Below, in pieces: positions 23,301 to 33,858 of a DNA stretch of 64,000 nucleotides. Position numbers and translations under genes: made by a program. How positions within the stretch are numbered: the first letter of the stretch is position 1; every line of letters starts with the position of its first letter. The stretch is from contig QPMI01000049.1 in assembly GCA_004431415.1 (NCBI GenBank), forward strand, positions 62,001-126,000. The letters are read 5' to 3'. The DNA comes from Cyanophora paradoxa CCMP329. Taxonomy: Eukaryota; Plantae; Glaucophyta. The notes below the pieces were generated by a model that searched no databases, had not been told where the DNA came from, and worked only from the letters and a program-made list of their open reading frames with translations.

Positions 23301-26300
23301 CAGCAGAACGTCTGGTGCGAACGGGCTAAGGCTTTCTCCTTCTATCGATTTCCTGAGCCACCCCGCCCGCAGCAAAGTCCTCACGGAGACGAAGGACGAC
23401 ACTCCGGAGTCCCTCGCCGCGGAGAAGGCCCGCTCCCGCTCTCCGCTCCCGTTCCCGCGCCCCCCTCGCTCATCTTCACCGGCGCAGGTGCCCTCGACGC
23501 CGGGCGGCGGCGGCGAGACCACCGACATCGTGGCCCCTGGCGCCTACCTCGACTACCTGTACCGTGCGCCTTCCCTCCCCGCCCGCTCTTCATCGCTTCA
23601 GACAGTAGAATCTCGAGACCCTCCGTCCCTGCCTCCAACGCGAGCGAGTCTTGAGCCCCGCCCCGCCCCGCGCCGCCGCAGACGTCTTCGACAAGTTCTG
23701 CATCCGGAGTCTCCTGCAGGAGGAGCGGCGGCCCTTCAGCCTGCACGTCCTCTTGGACGTCCAGCCGGCGGCCTTCGCGCGGCGGCAGCTGCGCCGCCTC
23801 GCCGCCGACTACACCCGCGACATGATGCAGCGGCTCCAGGAGGAGACCCGCAAGAGCGTCGACGACCTCAGGATGACCACCAACGGCGCGCCCCCTCGCC
23901 TCGCCTCCCCGCGCCCTTCTTGTTCAAGCTCTGACGCGTCTGCCGCAGTGTGGACCTTCTGCGACTTCTCGCCGCGCGACTTCCGCTGGCCCCTGCCGCG
24001 CCGCCTCGGCGACTGGATCCGCGATGCGATCTGCCTCGTGCCCATCCAGGTGCCCTCGACCCCCGTCGCCCCCCGCCCCTCCTCTTCTTCCCCATCTGAC
24101 GCGCCGCAGATCGCGCGGGCGGAGGGCAACTCGTTCAAGCCGCTCTGCGATGGCCTCCAGACGGCCGTCGACTTCGCGCGGCAGGACGTCCTCGCCGTCG
24201 CCGCCTCCATCCGCTTCGGCCTGTGCGGCGCCCTTCCGCCCTTCTTCTTCTGGCTCGATTCTCTCTCTCGCTAATCGCGTGGCTCGCTGGCCAGGTACGA
24301 GCCGGTGCTGGAGTCGTGCAGCATGCCCATCCGCGTGGTCAGCAGCATGGGCAAGCAGAGCACGGGTGCGCGAACCATTCTCCTCCTCCTCCGCCTCTTC
24401 TTCCCAGCCGACGCGCCCCTCCCTCCAGGCAAGTCGTACCTCCTGAACCACCTGACGGGCTCCCTCTTCGACATCTCCGGCGGGCGCTGCACGGACGGCG
24501 TCTGGCTCACCTGCCGCCCCGGCAAGGACTGCATGTGCGCCCTGCCCTGGACTCGTGGAAGTTATCTAACCCCCGCCTGACTCGAACCATCGTCTCCCAG
24601 GTACGTCGTGCTGGACTTCGAGGGTCTGGGCTCCTTCGAGCGCTCGGAGCAGGAGGACATGCTCCTCTCTGTCTTCAACGCCGCCATCAGGTCCGAGCCT
24701 TCCTTCGAAGATTCAGTATTTGAGATGTCGCTGTGGCTGTTGCTGACGCCCCCCGTAGTAACCTCACGCTCTACAAGACGGACTTCCGCATCGACAAGGA
24801 CACGGCGGCGACCTTCGCGCGCTTCCAGTCCGGCGTCTCCCTCATCAAGGGCGACGACAAGCTCTTCACCGGCCGCTTCTACATCGTCGTCAAGGTCCGC
24901 TACGCGCGCCAGCCTTCTCCGTTGAATTTATCTGATGCGTTCTGTTAGGACGTGGACGCTCGGGACGTGCGGGACCTCCAGGCGGAGTTCCTCCAGAAGA
25001 TCACGCACATCTGCAAGGCGAACGACCAGGAGAACTTCATCTCCAAGTGTGTTATTTTGTGCTTATTTCTGAGAGTTCTCCGCTGCGCTTCTGATTTCCT
25101 ATTCTTCCTTCAGGATGTACCGCGGGCAGTTCGCCATGTCGACCTTCCCGCCACTCGGGCGCCGCGAGTTCTGTGCGCCGCGCCGCGCGAGTCGACTTCG
25201 CTTTTCGCCGGCGCTCACTCCCCGCAGACGAGCACATGCGGAAGGTGCACGGGGCGCTGATCAAGCAGGCGCCGGCGTTCGAGTCGGGCCGCACCTACAA
25301 GGCGGCGCTGCAGCTCCTCATGGCCAAGATCGGTATGAAGGACTGGACGCCGCTGGACCGCTCGCAGATCGCCGTCCGCGTCGGCCGCCTCCGCCGCCTC
25401 CTCGACGCCGCCGTCTCCACCGGCTCCGTCGCCGAGGCCGAGGCGGGCGCCGAGGGCGCCGCCTCCGTGCCCGCCCCCGTCCCCCGCGGCACTGCCGTCG
25501 CGGACGCCGACCGCTTCCAGGCGCGGCAGACCCGTTTCCCGCCGTGCCTCTGTCCGCCCTCCTTATATGTGCCGCGCAGTGCTTCGACTCGGGCGCGTTC
25601 ATCGACGACGGCGCCCTCGCACTGGTCCGCCCGCCCTGCCCCCGCCGGCTGGCTCTGCTGCGCCCGCGGCTCACGGGGCGCGCAGGAGGAGGAGGGCGTC
25701 GCGCCGGCGCCGTCGGCCCCGCTGCCGGACACGGGCCTCGTGCTGAAGCGGGACGAGGCGTCTGTCGTGGAGCTGATGGCGCCCCTGCGCCGCTACTTCG
25801 AGGAGAACGTCGAGCGGCGCGGGCACTCCAACTTCGGCGACTGGCACTCCCGCTTCCAGACCTTCCTCGGTGCCCTTGCTCCTCCTCCTCTTCCGTCCAC
25901 CGACCTCTTCCCTACTCACTCGCCTTCAGCGGCGGTGGTGGCGCGGCGGCGCGTGCGCGTGCTGGCGTGGATCGAGGCGAACGTGACCGCCTTCTCGACG
26001 GACGGCGACGTCCAGCTGCTCAAGCACGAGGCGAGCACGGCGCTCGTCGAGCTCGCGCGCATGTGGACCCTCTGCGGCATCAAGTGCGAGCGCTGCTACT
26101 ACCTCTGCACCCTCCCTAAGGTGCCGCCGCATCTCCCGCCAGCGAGCCCCCGGCCGCCTCTCACGCCCGTGCAGTACCACGCGGCGGACCACTCGTGCCT
26201 GGGGACGCACAAGTGCGAGGCGCTCTGCTCGTACTGCGCCCAGGACCGCGAGACGCAGGAGGCCGCCGACCGCGACGACGAGGTGCGGGCGGCCCGCTGC

Positions 26301-29291
26301 CCCGCTGCCCCGCCCCGCCCCTGCGGCCGCCTCCGAGCCGGGCGGCGCAGCACGCCGAGGACGCCGAGGCCGGCGATGGCGACCGGCACCACCACCTCCC
26401 GTGCGCCCGCCGCGTAGCCCGCCTCCGCGCGCCCCGCGACCCCTCGCGCAGGCAGGTGCGGTGTGGGGACCTGGCGGGTCACGCCGGCCACCACGACTGC
26501 CGCGTCGGTGCGGCCGGGCGGCCCCGCGGGAGGAGGGGCGCCCCAACTGACGGCCCCGGCAGGGATGCACACGTGCGGGGAGAAGTGCCACCTGGCGCAC
26601 CTCAACAGCTGCAACCGCGTCTGCGTCGGGCGCCCCGGGCACGACGGCCCGCACGTCTGCAACGCCGCCAAGCACCTCTGCGGGAGCGCCTGCTCGCTGC
26701 CGGGCTGCACGCACCCCTGCGTCATGCCCTTCGAGGTGCCCCACCAGCGCCACCAGTGCCACGAGAGCAAGTGCCCGCACCGCTGCCCCATGCCCGGCTG
26801 CAACAACGTCTGCGCCTCCGACGACCACTTCCACGGTCCGCTCCCCCCTCGACGTTCTCCCGCCACTCTTTTCTGATCGGGGGCCGCGCAGGGGCGGACT
26901 CGGCGAGGAACGTGGTGCACCTGTGCTCGCAGGCGCACCCGTGCGCGGACCTGTGCCAGCACCCGGGCGTCTGCGAGATCATGAGCCAGCTCGTCCGCGA
27001 GCGCCGCACCTTCCGCGTCCGTCCCCGCCCCGCCCCGCCCCGCGCCTCGCGCCGCGCGCCGCACCGAGTACGCGGGGCACGCAGGGCACGCGGGGCGACT
27101 TCGAGTACGACTGCTACACGGAGCAGAACAGCATCCGGCGGCGCTGCTGCAAGATGATCCCGCCGGGGGCCACCTCGCACGAGGGCGACCACGTCCACAC
27201 CGAGGACCCCCGGTGCGCCGCCCTCGGGCCTCGCGCCCCGGCCTCGGCTTTCGTTTTTAGGTCTCTGACGCGCGCGGCAGGGCGCTGCACTACTGCGACA
27301 CGAAGTGCCCCTCCTGCGGCTACGTGTGCCACCTCCCGTGGGCGCACCAGCAGGCGCTGCACAAGACGGACCACGGCAACATGCGCTACTGCTTCTTCGT
27401 CGCGGAGGACGAGACGATCGACATCGGGAACCGCAAGTACGTGCGCGGCGAGTCCGGCGAGGCCGAGATGTGCGGGCAGGTGCGCGGCTCTCAATCCCTT
27501 CCCCTCGACAAAGCTTCGCTCGCGCGCTCGGAGAGCCGACCGCCACGCGCCCGCGCAGTACTGCCGGACGCTGGGGCGCGGGCACACGCACCTCGTCTAC
27601 TGCCCGTACGCCGCCCGCGAGCAGTGCGTCGCGTCCGTCGCGGACGGCCGCCGCCACGAGACCTGCCGCTACGGGCCCGACGAGGGTGCGCCGCCTCTCC
27701 GCTTTCTCCCCTCGCTCTCTCTCCCGCCCCTCACCCCCCCCGCCAGACCGGCCGAAGGACGAGCTCACGCACGCGGCGTACTGGCGATCCCTGGGCTTCC
27801 AGGATCCCTGCACGGCCGAGGAGCAGGAGGAGTTCGCCCGCTGCCCCTTCGAGTGCGGCGCCGACGAGCACCAGCCGCGGCCGGGCCAGGCCCCCTCCGG
27901 TCCGCCGCCCTCGTAGCCTCGAAGCGCAGCCTCTGAGTCGCCGGCACCGCACTGCAGAGCGCCCGGAGCCATCCTACTGCGCGATGAAGCTGTGGCACGA
28001 CGCGCTGGACCCCAAGCTGCCGCCGCCCGACGGCTGCGGTCCGCGCTGCTTCTTCGTTGTGCGCGCCGGGGCGGCCCGCCTCACGCCCCGCGCCGGGCAG
28101 GCTTCGTCAGTTCGGCCGGCCACCACTTCCTCTGCACGCACACCCTCACGAATGCCTACCACACGTGCGCTGCCCCGTGTTCGCTAGAGGGCGCCCCGCC
28201 GCCGCTCACAGCCGTGGCGCAGGTACTTCGTGGTGGACCGCTCGTCGTCGATGAGCATCATGGACTGCAAGCCGACTATGGGCCTGATCAAGAAGAAGCA
28301 CGACACGCGCCTGGGCGCCGTCTACGAGTCCTGCCACCGGTGCTTGGCTCCCCGTCCTTGTTCTCCGCCGTTCTTCACTCGATTCTTGCGTCCGGCAGGT
28401 ACGTCATGAACCGAAAGGCGCAGGCGGCCGTCGAGGACCGCGTCTCCATGATCGTCTTCAACGAGAAGACGAACGTTCGCCCGCTCTCTTCCTCTTCTAG
28501 TTCGAAGCCCCGGCGCCGCCGCCGACGCGGGCGCCCCGCAGATCGTCTTCGCGAACGAGCCGCTCTCGGAGCAGCTCGTCGAGCGGATGCTCAACTTCGG
28601 TGCGCCGCGGCCCGCGCGCGCGCCGCTGCCTCGCTGCGGCTGCCTTGCCGATGCCCCCGGGCAGGCGCCGTCGGCAACACGAACTTCTCCGCGGGCCTCA
28701 AGCAGGCGGGGGAGCTCCTCGCAAAGTACCGCTCCGGTACCCCCCAAACTCTCATCCCCCCCTTCCGCGGTTTGCGAGCGTCTCCGCAGACAAGCACCGG
28801 CCGCTCTTCATCTTCCTCACGGACGGCACGGACGGCACGGGCCCCGACGTCGTCTCTCCATCCCTCAAGGCGCGCCCCGCCCTGTACCCCCGCGGCCCTC
28901 GTCCGGGCTCGAGCCTGTACCCCGCAGGTCATGGAGGCGCTCCTCCGGCGCGAGTCGGCCTACGAGTGCGCCCGCGCGCCGCTGGATGCTCAGTCGTCCG
29001 CCCGCCTGTCTGACGGCGGCGCCCCCGCAGGCACCGCCTCGTGATGCACACGATCAAATTCGGGTCGGAGACCGAGGGCAACGATGTGCTCGAAGAGCTC
29101 GCCAAGATGACCGGTGCCGCATGCCTCGCCTTCCCACCCCGCCGCCCCGCCCGCACGCACACTGACCGGCCCCCCCTCCAGGCGGCACGTTCTCCGTCTC
29201 CCTGGACGAGGTTGCGCTGCAGGAGACGTTCGAGTCCATTTCCGGCACCCTCCGCGTTCCCCGCGGCGGCCTCATCCGCTCCCGCAAGTGA
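17354..29291 (+). CDS. Giant multi-exon protein: 2x B-box zinc finger, large N-terminal/central region, VLIG/GBP(GB1-RHD3)-type P-loop GTPase, helical region, Cys/His zinc-finger repeats, C-terminal vWA domain
   Basis: ATG 17354 (MPTCAGCEDAEAA|VQCLQCEQAFCDDCNTVTH...H; ICDSCEEAPATLECSECSKRFCEVCDVALH...H); G1 GKQST|GKS, G2 RCTDG, G3 DFEG, G4-like VK|DV (about 24330-24960); Cys/His repeats about 26070-28160; vWA MIDAS DRSSS...NTNF...FLTDG (28223-29291); TGA at 29289-29291. Dozens of short introns; exons almost all C/G at codon position 3. Not every internal junction was traced. Confidence 0.85.
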
Positions 29292-29438
29292 TTGCATTGC
29301 CGATGCCCCGCGTCTTCCCTCTCTAGGATTCCCCTTCTCTCTAGGACGCCATTTTTCTCCGCTTTTTTTCGCGCTATTTTGTGGGTATTTTACCAGTTCG
29401 GTTCGAACGGAGCGCCAGCACAGCTCTCTACGAGAAGG

Positions 29439-30254
29439 CTAGCTGCGGGGGTGTTTCCTCCTGTCGGAGCTGTCTGCGTGGTGGCTACTGTGCCTGGGCC
29501 CGGGCGGCTTGATCTCGCCCTTCGGCTTCGAGTCGTCCTGTCTCTTTCCCTCCCCGTGCTTCTTCGGGCTTGGCGTGCCCCCGCTCCCTTGCTTCTGTTT
29601 CTTGGAAGGAGGGCCGGGCTCGTCTGAATGGCGTTCGCATGCTTAGAATTTCTGAATGACGGTGCGAGAGCGCAGTGAACGTTCACAGACCTTCCAGACT
29701 TTCGTCGCCGCCGTCCTCCTCATCCCCTCCGAACGATAGCTTGGACTTCTGCACTAGCTTCGCCGCTCGCTTCTGTGCCTCCTCTTTCCTCTTCTGCGCC
29801 GCAATCTTCTCGAGACGCTCCTGCTCCGCGCGTTCCTCAGCCTACCCGCCTGGGATTAGGCCCATTGCGCGTTTCCCATGGAACCTCTAACAGCGCCGGG
29901 AACCTCGATATCGGCAAGGGTCATATTCGACGCTGCAGCTCGCTTCTTCGCGAATTCCTCCTTTGTTTGCAGGCCCGTGGTTTGCTCTGTGAACTTGAGC
30001 TCGATCTTCTGCTCGGCGGCGTATTCGTGAGCTGGGGCGGGCGCGGGCGACGCGGCCCGAAAGCTGGGGACAGCTGCAGCTGCCAGTGCTTAGAGAGCCC
30101 AAGGAGCGCCTCGCACCGTGCTCGTTGCTGAGAATTTCGTGTTGATCGAGCCAACGAGGCTCTTCTCCTCCGCGGCCAGCCGCTCCTCCCGCTCTTTCTC
30201 AACCTTTTTCCAAGCGCCGGGCACGAATCGCCCCCCTGGTCTCTCGTGCACCAT
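29439..30254 (-). CDS. Short charged protein resembling the N-terminal part of XAP5/FAM50
   Basis: KFSATST|...ELKFTEQTTGLQTKEEFAKKR and KSKLSFGGDEED resemble FAM50/XAP5 N-terminal motifs; 4 exons; TAG at 29439-29441. Confidence 0.5.
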
Positions 30255-30600
30255 CTTGCGCACCAGCTGCAGCTAGCTCGCAGGCCGCGAGATGTAGTTC
30301 GCAGGCCGCGCTCTGCCGCTCTCTGCTAACAGCGTTCTGTTGCTCTCACCAGCACGCACTCCCTGCCGACGCTCTCCGCGCGCTGGCGTCGACAAGACAA
30401 CGCCGCCGACGCTCTTCGCGCGCTATCTATGACGGAAGCGGCACGCTTTCGATGCGCCCGACCTCAAGATTGGGCTGCCGACGCTCCGTGGGCGCTGGTT
30501 TTCGTCCGCTTTGCTCGCTTCGCGGGTACGCCCTCCGTTGGAGGGACGCCGTACCCGTGCCAGCAATAGCCGAAATCTGACGGAATCGCCCAGAGGAGCT

Positions 30601-31488
30601 ATGGCCGCGTTCGTTTGCACCGTTCCCGCTGTGCGGTCTGGCGCCTCGGCAGTCACCGCCAGCTCCTCCGTCGAGGTCCGCTGCGCCCGAGGTACCTGTT
30701 GAGTCACGGTGCTGACTGTCGCGTACATGGCAGAAGACCGCGATTCTGAGCTCCCGCCGCGAGACCGTCACCAAGAACGGTGAGCGTGATACCGCCAGCC
30801 CAAAAATCTTCGCCGCTTTGCTGCTCACCGGCGGCCTCCCCGCGCGGTTGCTTGCGTAGTGTTCCTGTCCGGCACTCCCGTCCGCCGCACGTTCGTCGCT
30901 GAGGCCCCTCGCGTTCTTCCCTTCATCTCCGCCGCCGCTGAGGGTGCGGATTTGATCCCCGCGCGTCGCGCGCTCGGCTGACCCGCAGAGCAGTGTTCGA
31001 CGTCGAAATCGCCCACAAGGGCAAGACCTACAACCTTAAGGTCCCCGCGGACAAGACCATCCTCGACGCTGGCATTGAGGCTGGGATCGACCTCCCGTCG
31101 TCCTGCCTTGCCGGCGTGTGCACCACTGTACGCAGGCCCCTCCGTTGTTGTTTGATCGCATGCAGCTAATAATGCGCAATGCCAGTGCTCCGCCCGCCGC
31201 ATCTCGGGCGAGATCGATGATACCGACGCCGTCCTGAGCCCGGAGGTCCAGGAGCAGGGCTTCGTGCTTCTGTGCTCTACCTATCCCCGCTCCGCATGCA
31301 AGTTCGAGACTGTGCGAACAACCCCTCGCTCCGTGTAACGCGCTGAGCTCACATTCTGGTGTCGCCTTCGCAGGTCAAGGAGGATGAGGTCTACGACCAG
31401 CAGGTATAGCAGCCCCTATTTCCGTACACGCATCGCCTGACGCGCATTTGCCTTCCCACAGTTCGGCAAGTACGAGTACGGCAAGTGA
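30601..31488 (+). CDS. Nucleus-encoded plastid [2Fe-2S] ferredoxin with C-terminal extension (FdC1 / cyanobacterial Fed3-like) and transit peptide
   Basis: DLPSSCLAGVCTT|CSAR...GFVLLCSTYPRS cluster motif; C-terminus EDEVYDQQ|FGKYEYGK; N-terminus MAAFVCTVPAVRSGASAVTASSS. Confidence 0.9.
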
Positions 31489-31902
31489 ATGGTCTCCTCA
31501 GATAGATAGAGTTAGATAGGAAAATCCCGTTAGTAGAGCGTTAGCGATACTACCCAAACGTTAACCGCGCACAGCTTGAAGCCCTCGCGCATAGAAATTA
31601 GCGCGTTATACCAGAGCTCGAGGCGCCGAATTCTTCGCATCCTGCGCATGCGGAAGATTGCGCGGCAAGCGTCGACGTGCGGGCCGCGCGGAAATAGCGC
31701 CGGCCTCCATTGCAATTGACATGGCCAGGTGCCGGCGCCCGGCCGCGGCCCTGCACTGCGCGGCAGCTGATGCCTGCCTGATGGGCTAGCTCCAGCCCTA
31801 GCCGCAGCAGCTTGGCGGCTAGCAACTCAAGCCGCCGCGACAGAGGCCGAGCGAGCTAAGCGCGCCGGCGGGCCCACGTCGCTTCCGCGTTAGCTACGCC
31901 GG

Positions 31903-33766
31903 ATGGCGAGCAAGGAAGCCGTGGCCGATCGCGCCGGCGCCCCAGATCCAACCCGCTGCGCGCTCTTCATCAAGGCCAAGCGCCGCACTTGCGGATTCCC
32001 TCCGGCGCCCGGGTCCACGTACTGCCATGTGCGCACGCACAATCGTGCACAGGCGGAGCCGAGCGCTGCTGACGCTGGCATCAGGCGCATTTACATCTCG
32101 ATCCGAACGCACCGCCGAAGCGCAAGCGCGTACCGTGCCCGGTGGACCCTAAGCACACAGTTTACGAGGATAAGCTGGAAGAGCACGTTCCGCGCTGCCC
32201 CGCCCTCGTTCAGCGGCAAGCCCGCGAAGCCGCGCCTTACTTCAACGCCGGAATCAACGCGGGCGGAGAGGAGACTGTCGAGGCCGCAGAGGATCGTGCG
32301 GAACCGTCTGCTTTCGCGGGCTCTGAAAAGGCCATGCCGTCGCGGAGCCCAGCCTTGTCGGCGTTGAGCCCAGATGCGTTGAAGAGGATCCTCTCGCTCA
32401 TCGACAAGGCATACGAGAAGGAGGTCGGGGAGATTAAGTTGGAGCCTGTAGCTGCAGAGGATGTAGTATTGCAGCCGCCCGTCCCGTCCTCGTTGGCCTC
32501 GCCATCTGGTTCTGGCTCCGAGGTCTCCTTGGGCCGGTCTGTCAAGCATCCACAGCAGCTTGAAGCCATTGTTGAGCACGCTTGGCGTCTGGGACTACTC
32601 TCTAAACCTGCCACGTCAGCATTTGTTGAATTCGGCGCGGGAAAGGGCACCCTTTCTCACAGCCTGAAACAAATGGCGTCAAAGAAGCTCAAGTTTGATG
32701 CTGCAGATCAACAGTCACCTTCAGCACTTCCCATCCACGTGCTTGTAGATCGAAGTTCATTCAGGCACAAGACGGGTTCGATCTCGCACCCTCTCCCTCA
32801 TTTCATGCTTTTCAAGCTCAACGGTTGCCTTTCGCAGACAAGGATCACAATGACGAGGGCTCAGGGTGGCACAGGATTCGTTGTGATATGTGTGTGGGGT
32901 TTTTATTTGCTTTGCAATTTTTTACCCAAAACATTTGTGATCCGGTGTCCTCGCCTTGCCTTAGAGTCGACTTGGACTTGAACTACGTGGAGGTTCTTAA
33001 GGATCGGCCGGATGTTGTTGCTGTTGGAAAGCACTGTTGTGGATGCGCTACAGGTCCATTTCTGTGTTGAGATGCTTTTCTGGCAGACATTCGCTGATGC
33101 CTGCTGTTGGGACAGATTTCTCCCTACGAGGGATCACAGGCGCTGAAAGGCGTGGAGCAGCACATTCAACCCAGACTCACGAGGGCAAGAGGCAGAAGCT
33201 TGATCAAGCAGTCAAAGTGCATGCGTTTGGTGTTGCCATTGCTACGTAAGTGCTTTCAAATACCTGTGGGTGTATCTTTGTGCTGAAGTCGATCCTGCAG
33301 ATGTTGCCACCACGCATGCAACTGGCAGTCCCTGTGTGGTAAGGAGCTATTTTTGAGGAACGGTTTTGAGAGGAGCGACTTCAAAGTCCTCACTGCCATG
33401 AGCTCATGGGCGGTCCGTATCTTTCTCTCTTGAGCTTATGCTGATGTCGACGGCTGAACCCCTGGAACAGACCTGTGGCCTGCGGCCGGACATGGATGCA
33501 GATGCCCCAGGCGGGGGCGCCCTGAATATGACACACGCAGAGAAGGAGCGCTATGGGATGAAGGTACGACCTGGAAATGGACGATGAGCCGCCCAACATT
33601 AATTCCAAACACCCGAATTCCTCTGCAGATAAAGAACCTTATAGATGCTGCTCGCCTTAACTTCCTCAAGGAGTTCGGGTTCGAGGTGACCAAGCTCGTG
33701 CGCTATGTGGAGTCTAGTGTAACTCCAGAGAATGTGCTGCTTCTTGCAATGCGAAAAGCAGTCTGA
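31903..33766 (+). CDS. TRM13: tRNA:m4X 2'-O-methyltransferase
   Basis: CCCH finger CALFIKAKRRTC...YCHV, CHHC finger CPVDPKHTVY...HVPRCP, FVEFGAGKG, KHCCGCATD, IAT|CCHH, VTPENVLL. Confidence 0.92.
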
Positions 33767-33858
33767 TCAAGTGTTTCTGATTCTGTGTTCAAAAATTGGG
33801 GCTAGTACCCCCAAGGCAACAAGCATCTACTTGCCGCTAATGACTCGAAGGCAACAAT

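Noticed and set aside
24300-25050. Calling the GTPase a Sey1/RHD3 or atlastin orthologue
   Set aside because: The G domain is internal to a very large protein and is followed by zinc fingers and a vWA domain rather than a transmembrane hairpin.
18822-27972. Long antisense ORFs opposite the giant GTPase gene
   Set aside because: Expected shadow ORFs of coding sequence with very high GC at codon position 3.
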